IMG/VR virus record: IMGVR_UViG_3300028048_002585
Length of the DNA stretch: 64,000 nt
From: an uncultured virus (IMG/VR IMGVR_UViG_3300028048_002585)
Lineage: Duplodnaviria; Heunggongvirae; Uroviricota; Caudoviricetes
Strand: one strand, 5' to 3'
The notes beneath the pieces are model-generated. The model had not been told where the DNA came from. It ran no database searches and saw nothing but the letters and a program-made list of their open reading frames with translations. The position numbers and the translations under genes were made by a program. This document shows positions 18,137 to 28,487 of the stretch, piece after piece. The stretch's first letter is position 1, and each line of letters begins with the position of its first letter.

Positions 18137-19022
18137 GGAGAGCAGTGCATCGAAAATAAAGCTGAACAGCATAGATTCTCTTTTCGGAAATACAAATACA
18201 TCAAATGAGATAGATGCAACAAAAGAGGAAGTAATTGAAGTAAATCTCTCGGATCTGCATACGTTCAAGAATCATCCGTTCAGAGTTGTGGATGATGAGA
18301 AAATGCAGGAAACAGTAGAAAGTATTAAAGAACATGGTGTTCTTGTTCCTGGGATAGTAAGAAGGAGAATTAATGGGGGATATGAGATCATATCCGGCCA
18401 TAGAAGAAAGAGAGCATGTGAGCTTGCCGGACTTGCGACAATGCCGGTATTTGTCAGAGATTTGACTGATGACGAGGCTGTAATCGTAATGGTGGATAGC
18501 AACATTCAGCGAGAAGAGATACTCCCTAGTGAGAAAGCCAAGGCCTATAAAATGAAGTATGAGGCTATGAAACATCAGGGCATTATGAAGGGGCAGGGGA
18601 GTAGTCTTGAACAGATGAGTGATGAGTTGGGAGAGAGCAAGACCACTATTCAGAGGTATATTACCATCGCTGATATGAATGATGACCTTCTTCAGATGAT
18701 AGATGAAAAAAAGATAGGTCTTACTCAGGGTGTCAAGCTATCTTCCTTACCAGAAGAGGAACAGGAACAGTTATCAGATATTATAAAGGAAACATCCATA
18801 GTTCCGTCGAACGAACAGTCTTCGAAAATAAAAGATATGAGTAAGAACGGTACCTTTGAGGAGGAGAGTGTAAGAGCACTCTTAACAGATAAGCCTGTAA
18901 CAAAAAAGAAGAGCATTACTATTAAGATAGACAAGGTAAGGGAATATGTCCCAGAAAGTTATACAGATGAGCAGATTATAAGTCTTATATTCAATCTACT
19001 TGATGAGTGGAAAAATAATTAG
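18129..19022 (+). CDS. parB: ParB/Spo0J family partition protein
   Basis: YEIISGHRRKRA box, DSNIQRE, HTH; overlaps the parA end. Confidence 0.95.
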   Translation: MSKESSASKIKLNSIDSLFGNTNTSNEIDATKEEVIEVNLSDLHTFKNHPFRVVDDEKMQETVESIKEHGVLVPGIVRRRINGGYEIISGHRRKRACELAGLATMPVFVRDLTDDEAVIVMVDSNIQREEILPSEKAKAYKMKYEAMKHQGIMKGQGSSLEQMSDELGESKTTIQRYITIADMNDDLLQMIDEKKIGLTQGVKLSSLPEEEQEQLSDIIKETSIVPSNEQSSKIKDMSKNGTFEEESVRALLTDKPVTKKKSITIKIDKVREYVPESYTDEQIISLIFNLLDEWKNN

Positions 19023-19045
19023 CTTTTACCCATGATGGGTAAAAG
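19023..19045. promoter_or_regulatory. parS-like perfect palindrome CTTTTACCCA-TGA-TGGGTAAAAG
   Basis: 10-bp arms immediately after the parB stop; related copies elsewhere. Confidence 0.55.
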
Positions 19046-19095
19046 TGAACCGGCAGCGTAATTATCACTGCCGGTTTTTATTGTTAAGGGATGTG

Positions 19096-20943
19096 TCATC
19101 TCCGATATATAGGCTTGTATATCATGTCTTTCTTTTCTTCGTCGTATCCTACGATCTCCGAGATTTCCTGCACTTTGAAATCTTGAAGGAATACTATGGT
19201 CTGAAAAGACTTCATCATCCTTTTTGCCTGCTCATAGGATGTTGCATATCCCCTCATCGCGAGGTCGGCCATCTTATCAAGGGTTTCTGTAGAAGATGGA
19301 GAATGGATAGTAATGGCTGTTCTGCATCCGGAGTTTGAAAGAGTAATAGCAGAACAGATTTCCGCTCCCTTTGCCTCTCCTATGATAAATACGTTGGCAC
19401 CAGATACAAGAGCAAGTTTCCCGAGTTCTTCAAGTGAACAGGGCTTTTCCCCTTTTTGGGGATTATCTACTATATGCTCAAAAATAACTCCTTTTCTTGA
19501 AGTAAAAAGCTCGTCATTTTCCTGTATTACGAGGATTTCCGCAGAGCTTTCATATGCCTCTTCGAGAAACCAGTTCATTATCGTAGTCTTTCCACTTCCC
19601 GGAGGTCCTGCAAATACTACACCTCTGCTTCTTTTTCCGCAATCCAGCAGATAATTCTTTATCTTTTCATCAAACATTCCTTCTCGTATAAGGTCATCAC
19701 CAAGTTTTTTGTGTCTCGGAACCTTTCTGATATGCATTATTGGCATACCGGAACTTGTTATGTAAGGAGCGGTCAGTGCAAATCGTAATATATAATTCGG
19801 ATCGCTGTCATCGGTAAAGGTCTGCGTCGGAACCTTCAGATTGATGTTATTCTTGATAGCGATTCCATTGATGAATCTGAGAAAGTCTTCTTCGTCGATA
19901 AAGGTTATGTTGGACAAGTACGCCTTGCCCCTTATCCTGACTCTTATCGAATCGTAGGCTGTTATCTTTATATCAGATATATCTTCGTCGTTTATCAGAT
20001 CCTGTAGAAGATACATCTCAAAGAGGGCATTATGAAGTTTTTCCTTAAGTAGATGATAATCCTCTTTCGGGAGCAGTCCTGTTTCAATATATGTTCTTTC
20101 TATATACGCTTCAATTGATGTATTGAAGGTTTTGAGTTTGTCTTCTCCCTCCCGCAGAACATTGTAGTAACTGTCTTTTTCAACTTCCGTGATATATTTC
20201 ATGCAGGTATTGAATATCTCTATGAATTTTTCGTATGGGAGCCTTGTATCGAGCTTCATGTCAAGGGTCTTGAGATCGTAGACATAATCTATCTTATCGT
20301 TTATTTCCGGCATATCCTCGGGCTCATATGAAGTCATTCTGTTGAGAAAAGGAATATCACTTTCGGCGTTATACTCCTGTTGCTGGTAACTTACGACCAT
20401 TTTGTGTGTCTGGACTTCATCATATGTATAATGATTATATGCATTTTCAGGTATTATAAGGCGGCTATATGATTCTTCGTCCCACCCGTCAAACCTGCCT
20501 TCATCCCCGATATAAGCAAAAATGTCCGAAAAGTTAGGCCATTCCTTCTTTCCGTCAGCTGTTACCTGCAGATTGTAAACTCTTAACATAAAAACAGAGC
20601 TGAGATATGAATTTATGACGCTTGTCTTTATTGAAAGGATATCCATATCGTAGTCATTTCTTTTTGACTCTATATACTGAAGGATAGAAGCAGAGAGTGC
20701 TTTTCTTCCAATGGATGATGGATGATATGTCTGAACAAAATATACGTCGTTCTTAAATGATCCGTCGGGTGAAACGCCTTCTCTGTCCGGAAGTACGACG
20801 TTTACCAGTTCCTGATATGGTGTATTTTTGGCAAATGCCACCAGCTCCGAATCGGAACTGTATTGGTTTATGATGGGAAGAATGGTGTTAAGTCCCTTCA
20901 TATCCTTTATCGCATACATTTTAAATCTTTTTTTCGGTTCCAT
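19096..20943 (-). CDS. CpaF/TadA/VirB11-family secretion ATPase with long N-terminal extension
   Basis: ISDIKI, HIRK, AGPPGSGKTT, IQENDEL, IIGEAKG, ITIHS motifs. Confidence 0.85.
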   Translation of the reverse strand: MEPKKRFKMYAIKDMKGLNTILPIINQYSSDSELVAFAKNTPYQELVNVVLPDREGVSPDGSFKNDVYFVQTYHPSSIGRKALSASILQYIESKRNDYDMDILSIKTSVINSYLSSVFMLRVYNLQVTADGKKEWPNFSDIFAYIGDEGRFDGWDEESYSRLIIPENAYNHYTYDEVQTHKMVVSYQQQEYNAESDIPFLNRMTSYEPEDMPEINDKIDYVYDLKTLDMKLDTRLPYEKFIEIFNTCMKYITEVEKDSYYNVLREGEDKLKTFNTSIEAYIERTYIETGLLPKEDYHLLKEKLHNALFEMYLLQDLINDEDISDIKITAYDSIRVRIRGKAYLSNITFIDEEDFLRFINGIAIKNNINLKVPTQTFTDDSDPNYILRFALTAPYITSSGMPIMHIRKVPRHKKLGDDLIREGMFDEKIKNYLLDCGKRSRGVVFAGPPGSGKTTIMNWFLEEAYESSAEILVIQENDELFTSRKGVIFEHIVDNPQKGEKPCSLEELGKLALVSGANVFIIGEAKGAEICSAITLSNSGCRTAITIHSPSSTETLDKMADLAMRGYATSYEQAKRMMKSFQTIVFLQDFKVQEISEIVGYDEEKKDMIYKPIYRR

Positions 20944-22109
20944 TATTTATCCTCATTTATTTTATTGACTTTATAATCATAAGCCCTGCCATGAATGCCA
21001 GATATTTCGAGCTTGTATTGACCAGGTTCTAATGTCATGACGGCGTTAAGAGTTCCCTTGTCATAATCACTCAATGTATAGGCACCGTCATTTCCTATAA
21101 CCTTTACTACAGGAGTAGACAGTTCATATGGGCTGTTTTCGGGATCTTCGTATGTAAAGGTAACAGATACCTTTGTCTGTTGATTGACGGTAAACTCCTC
21201 TGTATATGTTACGTCCTTTGTATCGTCAAGAGCGTATTTTTGTTCTTCGGTTGTATTATCTTCATCTGGTATGTTGTTCGGTACATTGAAATCAGTTCTT
21301 TCCGTATATGCCTTGCCTTTTACATATCGGAAGACTCCGTCTCCGTCTACCTTGTAAAAGCCTGAGTTAAAGTAATCGGGGATATATATCTCTATTATCT
21401 TTGAACGAAGGAATGCATAATTGTTTATGGTGTATCCTTCCATGGACGTGAGAATCCTTGTATCAGCCTTCAATACATAATTTTTCAGCTTTGTTCCAAT
21501 ATAAAGGTCTGTGGAGTAGAGTTTATCTTTTGTAAGTCCTATTATGGTCCCGCCACGGGATATGTTTCCGGATCTGAGCTGTGCACCACCGATGTTGTCT
21601 ATGATCACCTGCGTCGAGTCAAGCTCCATAAGTCTTGAAGCATCGGATCTCTTATTTATATTGCTGTTTTTTGAATCGTCCTTGGTGGTGGCATCGAAGG
21701 CGTATCTTCCCGAATCCATTCTTGAAAGATTGCATATTCCGACAGAGTAACCGAGATCTTCGAATCTTTCAAATGTAACCGATTCGTCCAGATTCGCAGA
21801 TGTATAATATATAAGAGAATCCCCCACATACATTGTCGGAATCTCTTCCCAGTCGTCAGTATAAAAGAGACTTCTCTTGTCTGATGCGCTACTTACCGCA
21901 TTATCCTGATCAAATGTCGCTTCACCGTTTTTATAGAGAGGATAGTATTTTCCGTCATGAAGGATATAGTACCTTCCATCCTCAAGCTCATTCATATCGG
22001 ATATGACTACGGATGTTTTTTGGGTTTCTTCTTTTTTTCCTCGCTGCTCACATCCCGTGATGAAGAAAAGCAGAAGAAGTAATATTGATATTTTTGTTAT
22101 TGTTTTCAT
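20943..22109 (-). CDS. Lipoprotein of unknown function
   Basis: Lipobox signal LLLLFFITGC; translationally coupled to the ATPase. Confidence 0.8.
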   Translation of the reverse strand: MKTITKISILLLLLFFITGCEQRGKKEETQKTSVVISDMNELEDGRYYILHDGKYYPLYKNGEATFDQDNAVSSASDKRSLFYTDDWEEIPTMYVGDSLIYYTSANLDESVTFERFEDLGYSVGICNLSRMDSGRYAFDATTKDDSKNSNINKRSDASRLMELDSTQVIIDNIGGAQLRSGNISRGGTIIGLTKDKLYSTDLYIGTKLKNYVLKADTRILTSMEGYTINNYAFLRSKIIEIYIPDYFNSGFYKVDGDGVFRYVKGKAYTERTDFNVPNNIPDEDNTTEEQKYALDDTKDVTYTEEFTVNQQTKVSVTFTYEDPENSPYELSTPVVKVIGNDGAYTLSDYDKGTLNAVMTLEPGQYKLEISGIHGRAYDYKVNKINEDK

Positions 22110-22215
22110 AATGGCCTCTTTTTTAACAGTTAAATATTTGTCTCTATATATATTATGTATAAATTTTCAGATAAAACGAAAAAAGAGAGAGAAGACTGAC
22201 TTCTCCCTCAATTTT

Positions 22216-23907
22216 TTACTTTCTCATTGCTGCCATTGTAGCGATCGCATCTTTAAAAGGTGTGTTTGCCTCATCGTCAGCCTTCTCAACCACTTCATAA
22301 TCGATAAAATCGATCTGGGCACTTTTCTTTCCCATAAAGTAATGTGTTGAAAGAGTACCTACGAGGTTTACAACTGTAGGTTTTTCAACATCGGCCATTT
22401 TTTCAGCCATCTCAAATCCGATAGCCGTGGCATCTGCTCCGAGCAGTTTGATTCCGTCCACTCCCGCAAGGGCTTTGTATACCTTGTTACGGGGAATAAC
22501 ATGGAAATTATTCACTTTTACGAGAACAGGCTCGTTGCCCTGTCCGAATGGCGAATATTTCTCCACTTCTTCAAGTGATCTCGTAATATCTTCTTCCGAA
22601 ATCTCTATATCGAACGAAGTCTCGTCTTCTTCGGTAGGTTTGTACCCAGAAGCCGCTGCTGAATCATTTACAGCCTTTTTAAAACTTTCCAGTTTGGATT
22701 TCTCGATAGATAATCCTGCGGCTCCGGCATGACCGCCGTGTCTGATTATTTCTGAAGCCGCCTGGTCAAGTATCTGCTTGATCGATATATTCTCAGGGGC
22801 TCTTGCTGAACCTTTAAGAATATCTTTCTCCGTACCGTCAGTAAGTACGATGGCGGGACGTTTGGTACTTTCACAAAGCTTTCCTGCAACTATTCCTATG
22901 ACTCCCTCGTTGATCTCGGGTACATAGACGACATTGATTAGATTTTCAGCCTCTATGAGCGATTCATTTGCACTCTTCATTGCAAGTGATACCTGATGTT
23001 TTCTCTCTTCGTTAAGTGTATATACTTTATCCGAGAGTGATTTGCCTATATTCTGATTTGGTGCAAGCAGTAGCTGTACGGAAAGCATGCTTCCGTGATC
23101 AAGCAGTCTTCCCGGAGCGTTGAGTGCTGGCGCTATCTTGAAACCAATATCTGTTTCTGAGATATGATCATTAAGACCTAGTCTGTTCAGAAGTGCTTTA
23201 AGTCCCGGATTCTTTGTGTCAGGCATTATCCTGAGTCCATTGCGTACAAATACATAATTTTCCTCGCGGAGTTCCATTACATCAGCTACTGTGGCAATGG
23301 CAGTGAGTGGAAGAAACTGCTGTCCCTTCTTTTCTCCTATAAGTGATACAGCTATCTTATAAGCTATACCCGCTCCGCAGTATCCATCATAAGTGTATCC
23401 CGGCATTCCCGCCTTCGGATCTATGATGAGGTCTGCTTTAGGAAGTACAATTCTGCCATTTTCAACTACAGGTTCATGATGATCGGTAATGATGACCGTA
23501 CATCCTCTTTTTTTTGCGTAATCAACTGTGTCAACCGCCGCAATACCGTTATCAACGGTAATGATAAGGCTTCCTTCAGGGACTTCGTCTATCATCTGTT
23601 TAGACAGGCCGAATCCTTCAGAAAATCTTTTTGGAGTTCTGTAACTGACATCTTCACAACCATACTCTGTAAGAGCTTTATACATGATGAATGTTGCTGA
23701 TACTCCGTCCACATCGTAGTCGCCCATGATACGGATAGGAGACTGCTTATGTCTGTTCACAATCTCCTTAAACTGGTCCATTCCGGGAATGATATATTTT
23801 CCGTCGTATGAATTATTGAACCAGTCATTGATCTCGCTGGTAGATTTTACCCCGAGATGATCAAGGCATATTTCACCGATGCTTGATAGGTTTGTTCTTT
23901 TTTTCAT
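22216..23907 (-). CDS. recJ: Single-stranded DNA exonuclease RecJ
   Basis: GDYDVDG, ITVDNG, TDHH, ATVADV, GSAR, GGHAGAAG, PFGQGN; start after AAGGAGG at 23907. Confidence 0.95.
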   Translation of the reverse strand: MKKRTNLSSIGEICLDHLGVKSTSEINDWFNNSYDGKYIIPGMDQFKEIVNRHKQSPIRIMGDYDVDGVSATFIMYKALTEYGCEDVSYRTPKRFSEGFGLSKQMIDEVPEGSLIITVDNGIAAVDTVDYAKKRGCTVIITDHHEPVVENGRIVLPKADLIIDPKAGMPGYTYDGYCGAGIAYKIAVSLIGEKKGQQFLPLTAIATVADVMELREENYVFVRNGLRIMPDTKNPGLKALLNRLGLNDHISETDIGFKIAPALNAPGRLLDHGSMLSVQLLLAPNQNIGKSLSDKVYTLNEERKHQVSLAMKSANESLIEAENLINVVYVPEINEGVIGIVAGKLCESTKRPAIVLTDGTEKDILKGSARAPENISIKQILDQAASEIIRHGGHAGAAGLSIEKSKLESFKKAVNDSAAASGYKPTEEDETSFDIEISEEDITRSLEEVEKYSPFGQGNEPVLVKVNNFHVIPRNKVYKALAGVDGIKLLGADATAIGFEMAEKMADVEKPTVVNLVGTLSTHYFMGKKSAQIDFIDYEVVEKADDEANTPFKDAIATMAAMRK

Positions 23908-23915
23908 TTTTTTAT

Positions 23916-23978
23916 CCTCCTTATAAGTGTCAATAATATTCACATGTATTATGTATAAATACTTGATGTTTAAAAAAA
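23916..23978 (-). promoter_or_regulatory. Class-1 promoter/leader module
   Basis: TATTATG 23947-23953, A-tract 23972-23978, leader TTATTGACAC. Confidence 0.7.
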
Positions 23979-24146
23979 TTGACAGCATAGTTTAATTTAT
24001 AAGACGATTTTTATAGTGTCAGAAAACCGACTAAAAATCGACACAGAAAGCGAAAAGCCTTATTCTATCGGTATTTATTCCATTATTAGAGTGTGGTAAT
24101 ATTATGAAAGACGGTGTAAACGCCATAAAACTTTGGAGGTAATCAA

Positions 24147-25175
24147 GTGAGTAAATACCTCAAATACAATTCAAAACTTGTTCTTTCCCGAAAGCCTGAG
24201 CTATCGTCTTCATCAGCTAAACTCATGTATTACGCTTTCTATCTTTTTCAGGAGGCAGGGTATAGACGGTTTGAAATGGACAAGGAAAGAGCTCTTGAAG
24301 AGATAAGGGAATTCAATAATAAATCCCATAAGGACATTGTGTGGGATTCTTTTATAGAAAATATTGAGAAAATGTTTTTTTTCGTTCCGGAAAAAAATGG
24401 TTATCTGAAAGTTGACTTATTTGAGGTAGTTGAGATAGGAAGTGACAATATAACGCTGGATATGTCACCTTTATTCAGCTCATATCTAAGAAGTGGTGAT
24501 TACTGGCTCGATACGGAAGGTTTCTGCAGACTTCCCTGTTATCCCGGGTGTTATTCTGTATATATATATGAAAGGCTGCGTTATGAGTATTGCATAAACA
24601 GCGGGGAAGTGGTATACCTCAATTTTTCCAATTCTGAGCTTCTTCTTTCAAGCGGACATGTAAATTTTTATGAGGAGAAAGTCAGGAATGGCTATGAAAA
24701 TATGATGGATGAGGAGTTTATATATACGGAGTATCTCAGAAAGTCCGAGAATTTTAAGCTCTTTGCTCCAAGAATGCTCATGTCGAGGATATGGCAGCCT
24801 GCTCTGGACAGGATAAACAGGACTTCTGGTATAGAGTTCACGGCCGAGATGAAGCCTGTCCCCGTCCCTAAAATGAAAAAACAGATCAATGGTGTCATGA
24901 TAAAGCTCGGTCCCTCATCGGATAAAATGAAGCTTTCCAATGTTTCCGCACAGACTATATTTAATATTTTCCTTATATTGAATGATTTTGATACAAAGGA
25001 ACTTGCGGATGTCTTAATAGCGAATGAATTTAATGAAACAAAAATCCGTACTCTCGTAGAGGAAAACAGAAATCTTTCCAAAAAGGAACTTTATGATTTT
25101 CTTACCAAAAAGTCCATGAAAAAGATTACGGAGCGGTTTCAGAAACAGTTGGAAAATGAATGGAATATGCTATAA
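24147..25175 (+). CDS. Divergent Rep_3-like protein (copy B)
   Basis: NSKLVLSRKPELSSSSAKL, YSVYIYERLR, RIWQPALDRIN resemble the Rep_3 pattern. Confidence 0.5.
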   Translation: MSKYLKYNSKLVLSRKPELSSSSAKLMYYAFYLFQEAGYRRFEMDKERALEEIREFNNKSHKDIVWDSFIENIEKMFFFVPEKNGYLKVDLFEVVEIGSDNITLDMSPLFSSYLRSGDYWLDTEGFCRLPCYPGCYSVYIYERLRYEYCINSGEVVYLNFSNSELLLSSGHVNFYEEKVRNGYENMMDEEFIYTEYLRKSENFKLFAPRMLMSRIWQPALDRINRTSGIEFTAEMKPVPVPKMKKQINGVMIKLGPSSDKMKLSNVSAQTIFNIFLILNDFDTKELADVLIANEFNETKIRTLVEENRNLSKKELYDFLTKKSMKKITERFQKQLENEWNML

Positions 25176-25324
25176 ATTGTGCCTTGGCAATATGCTGAGG
25201 CATTTATTTTTGTCAAAATGTCCTTGATTCTATATCCATATAATATCCGTATTTTTTCAGTTCATCCTTATTTATACATAATATGGTTAGAAAAATATTG
25301 ACATATAAAAAGGAGGATGACGAT

Positions 25325-25522
25325 ATGGATGAAATGATGAGAATCTGTCCGGAGTGTGGCAGAGAGGTATCGCGTGATAATATGGCTTTTACACGCGACT
25401 GTCAAGGAATAACCTTCAGGCTGCTCTGCATTGACTGCTATGATAAGGTCATGAACAATGAGCCTTTCTTTGACGGACAATACTATGACGAGTTCGATGA
25501 AAATATCGAGCCCGACTTCTGA
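25325..25522 (+). CDS. Small zinc-binding protein
   Basis: CPEC...CIDC; AAGGAGG RBS; class-1-like leader. Confidence 0.7.
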   Translation: MDEMMRICPECGREVSRDNMAFTRDCQGITFRLLCIDCYDKVMNNEPFFDGQYYDEFDENIEPDF

Positions 25523-25537
25523 GAAGGAGGTGTGCTT

Positions 25538-25747
25538 ATGGAAAACGGTGTAACCTTCTTTAATTCATCAAGAACTTGTGGTGCCTACCATAAGTCTATG
25601 GTCGAGTTTCTTTGGTCTGTTTTTAACGGAGAGCTTTCCGTATCACAGATCAGGGATGGAAAAGAGTATGATATCCCTGAAACTTCCCTTGTTTATCAGG
25701 ATATAAAAAATTGTCTTGATAATAAGAAAGACATAGTTGTCTATTAA
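25538..25747 (+). CDS. Small hypothetical protein
   Basis: AAGGAGG RBS; followed by a terminator. Confidence 0.65.
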   Translation: MENGVTFFNSSRTCGAYHKSMVEFLWSVFNGELSVSQIRDGKEYDIPETSLVYQDIKNCLDNKKDIVVY

Positions 25748-25754
25748 AAAAAAT

Positions 25755-25850
25755 TGAGGTTTGTACGTAATGTTGCAGACCTCATTTTTTTTGTGCGATT
25801 CGTTTTTATACATAATAGTTATGAAATTATTGACACATTTTAAAGGAGGA
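25755..25850 (+). promoter_or_regulatory. Terminator plus class-1 promoter/leader module
   Basis: T-tract 25785-25792, CATAATA 25811-25817, ATTGACAC, AAGGAGG. Confidence 0.75.
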
Positions 25851-25857
25851 TAAGTAT

Positions 25858-26559
25858 ATGAAAAATGTAGCCAACGCTCAGAGCTGCGCAATGCTCTTCA
25901 ACCCGATGACAGAGGATGTAACAAACCTCTTATCTTACGAGGAAGTAAAGGATAAGCTGATGATTATGCTTGTAAGAGCTTTATCTCCAGAACTGTCGGA
26001 AGAAATGCCACACAAGAGAATTCTTGATATGGACCTCGTCTACAGAGTCAGGGTTACGGATGTCAAGGAAGGTGAACTTATGCTGGTGGTCACAAACGAA
26101 TTTCTGTCTTATTGGGATATTTCGAAAGAGAGGCTTCACGAGGATGCGATGAAGGTTGCTTTGGAAAAGGAGCCGCTTAATATTTTGAAGTTAAGCACAA
26201 TGCTGGACATAATGGGGGCACCTATAGATGCAGACGATGAAATCGTATCTTGTCCGCTGGTATATTGTTCCAACAGTTCGCAATATTACGGGGCATCCGT
26301 ATTGGCATATCCGGGGTTCTTCAAGAGAGCTTCGGAGATTATGAATGGAAGCTTTTGGATACTTCCTTCATCAATCCATGAAGTGTTACTTCTTCCCGAC
26401 ACGGGATTAGAAGATCCTAAGATGCTGGCTGGAACGGTTGCGCAAATAAATCGCGGATGCGTGTCTCCAAGTGATGTCTTAACGGATACTATTTATCACT
26501 ATGACAGTGATAAAAGTGTCTTCAAGATCGCGCAGAACTGGACGAACTGGTTTCTTTAG
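25858..26559 (+). CDS. DUF5688-like protein (short paralog)
   Basis: YGASVLAYP, FWILPSSIHEVLLLP, VLTDTIYHYD motifs. Confidence 0.75.
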   Translation: MKNVANAQSCAMLFNPMTEDVTNLLSYEEVKDKLMIMLVRALSPELSEEMPHKRILDMDLVYRVRVTDVKEGELMLVVTNEFLSYWDISKERLHEDAMKVALEKEPLNILKLSTMLDIMGAPIDADDEIVSCPLVYCSNSSQYYGASVLAYPGFFKRASEIMNGSFWILPSSIHEVLLLPDTGLEDPKMLAGTVAQINRGCVSPSDVLTDTIYHYDSDKSVFKIAQNWTNWFL

Positions 26560-26593
26560 GAACGCGGCGATTAGTGTCACGCATAGCTAACTA

Positions 26594-26690
26594 AAAAATT
26601 GAGTCGATACTTATGTATCGGCTCTTTTTTTTACGGCCTCTTTTTTTATACATAATAGTTATGAAATTATTGACACATTTTAAAGGAGGA
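26594..26690 (+). promoter_or_regulatory. Shared terminator hairpin plus class-1 promoter/leader module
   Basis: GAGTCGATAC/GTATCGGCTC plus T8; CATAATA 26651-26657. Confidence 0.75.
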
Positions 26691-26697
26691 TAAGCAT

Positions 26698-27735
26698 ATG
26701 AAAAATGCAGCCAACGCCCAGAACAGCGTTATGTTCTTTAACCCGTCAACAGGTGATATCCGTATGGACTTCGAAACATTTGTAAAACGTCTTTCTGAAG
26801 ACGCCTGCAATGAACTTCGAAATGAGGGCATCGACATCACTGCTGAAGAACATCGTACCATATCAAAGCCTGGTACACAGTATGAAGGTGTAGGTTTTAC
26901 ACTTGGTTCTGACGACAGTGTGAAAATGGGACCATGTCTGAACATGTCGGAAATTTATGAGGAATATTCATCCGGACGTGACTATGACGATTTGTTCGCC
27001 GCAGTTGTGGAAGTGTTGAAAAGCTCATTAACCCCACCAGATTGTTTCAATGTAGATATATTGAGAGACTACAATAAGGTAAAAGAACGTCTTTACCTGC
27101 AGGTTGTATCGTCAAAAGATCCGTCATTAAAAGAATTTGCACATAAAAATCTCTTTCATGATATAGAGGTTATATATCGCATAATGATAGAAGAAGACGA
27201 AAATATCAATACATCTGCGATTGTTTCAAACGGGTCATTAGAGGACTGGGGTATATCACTGGAACAGCTTCACGAGGATGCTCTTTCAGCTACAATGAAA
27301 AATTACGGTCTTTGTTTCGGAAGTATATTTGAGACATTGAAGAAGATGGGGGCAGTTCCTCCATTTATGGATGAATCTGATTTTGAGAGTCCGATGCCTA
27401 TAGTTGTAGCATCAAATGAAAAAGGTTGCCTTGGAGCAGCGGTTCTCTCTTACCCGGATTTCTTCGAGAAGGCCGAGGAAGTTATGGGCGGAAGCTTCTG
27501 GCTTCTGCCATCTTCCATTCATGAAGTTTTGATGGTACCTGATACCGGTGATGATGGTATGGCTGAAATGTTGCTCGAAATGGTAACAATGGTAAATGCC
27601 AGTGGAGCAGTAGCGCCACAAGATGTACTCACAGATAACGCTTATTATTTTGACAGTGAGAGAAAAACTCTTGTGACGGCTGAATCTTATGCTGCTGATC
27701 ATGATGATTCAAATGAAGATGAACAGCTTTATTAG
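26698..27735 (+). CDS. DUF5688-like protein (long paralog)
   Basis: GAAVLSYP, FWLLPSSIHEVLMVP, VLTDNAYYFD. Confidence 0.75.
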   Translation: MKNAANAQNSVMFFNPSTGDIRMDFETFVKRLSEDACNELRNEGIDITAEEHRTISKPGTQYEGVGFTLGSDDSVKMGPCLNMSEIYEEYSSGRDYDDLFAAVVEVLKSSLTPPDCFNVDILRDYNKVKERLYLQVVSSKDPSLKEFAHKNLFHDIEVIYRIMIEEDENINTSAIVSNGSLEDWGISLEQLHEDALSATMKNYGLCFGSIFETLKKMGAVPPFMDESDFESPMPIVVASNEKGCLGAAVLSYPDFFEKAEEVMGGSFWLLPSSIHEVLMVPDTGDDGMAEMLLEMVTMVNASGAVAPQDVLTDNAYYFDSERKTLVTAESYAADHDDSNEDEQLY

Positions 27736-27743
27736 GATAATCT

Positions 27744-27840
27744 AAAAAAAGGGAGTCGATACTTATGTATCGGCTCTTTTTTTTGGCCTTTCTATATTTG
27801 TACATAATATGTGTGAAATTATTGACACATAATAAGGAGG
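27744..27840 (+). promoter_or_regulatory. Shared terminator hairpin plus class-1 promoter/leader module
   Basis: Same hairpin as 26601; CATAATA 27803-27809. Confidence 0.75.
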
Positions 27841-27846
27841 TGCATT

Positions 27847-28425
27847 ATGGAAGGAATCATTACACTATCTGATATTATTTTTCTCCTGATCGTCTTTGCC
27901 GCAGCAGTCCTGTATATTACATTCAGACTAATCGTAGACAAATTTACTGTCTATATAGACATGGATGGCGTTCTGGCGCAGTGGAATACATGGGCTACTT
28001 TGGAAGACACATATAAGCCCGGGTATTTTCTTAACTGTATTCCACAGGAGAACCTCATAAGAGCGGTAAAGCTCTTGCAAATATTTGGAATCAGAGTATG
28101 CATTCTTTCTGCAGTCTGCAACGAACAGGCCGCTAAAGAAAAGTCCCTGTGGCTTGACCGGTATGTAGGAAGGTTTGTGCAACGTATATTTGTACCTTAT
28201 GGTACGAATAAGGCCGACTACGTAGGAGCTGGAAGAAATTCACTGCTGATAGATGACTTTTCAGTTAATCTTCATCAATGGAGTGCTACTGGAAATACGG
28301 GTGTCAAATTCTATAACGGAATAAACGGCACTAAAGGAACTTGGACCGGTCTGTCCATTTCACATGAGATGAGCTCTGTCATTCTGGCATTCAGAATATT
28401 CTGTTCATTAAGACAATGTGATTAA
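27847..28425 (+). CDS. HAD-family 5'(3')-deoxyribonucleotidase-like protein with N-terminal TM helix
   Basis: YIDMDGVLA, LLIDD, NLHQW motifs. Confidence 0.8.
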   Translation: MEGIITLSDIIFLLIVFAAAVLYITFRLIVDKFTVYIDMDGVLAQWNTWATLEDTYKPGYFLNCIPQENLIRAVKLLQIFGIRVCILSAVCNEQAAKEKSLWLDRYVGRFVQRIFVPYGTNKADYVGAGRNSLLIDDFSVNLHQWSATGNTGVKFYNGINGTKGTWTGLSISHEMSSVILAFRIFCSLRQCD

Positions 28426-28487
28426 TTAAAAAAATGTACCCCTGCATATTGCAGGGGTATGTTTTTTAAATATTCAAGATGTTTGTA

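Noticed and set aside
17642..18268. 208-aa minus-strand ORF
   Set aside because: Shadow of parA/parB.
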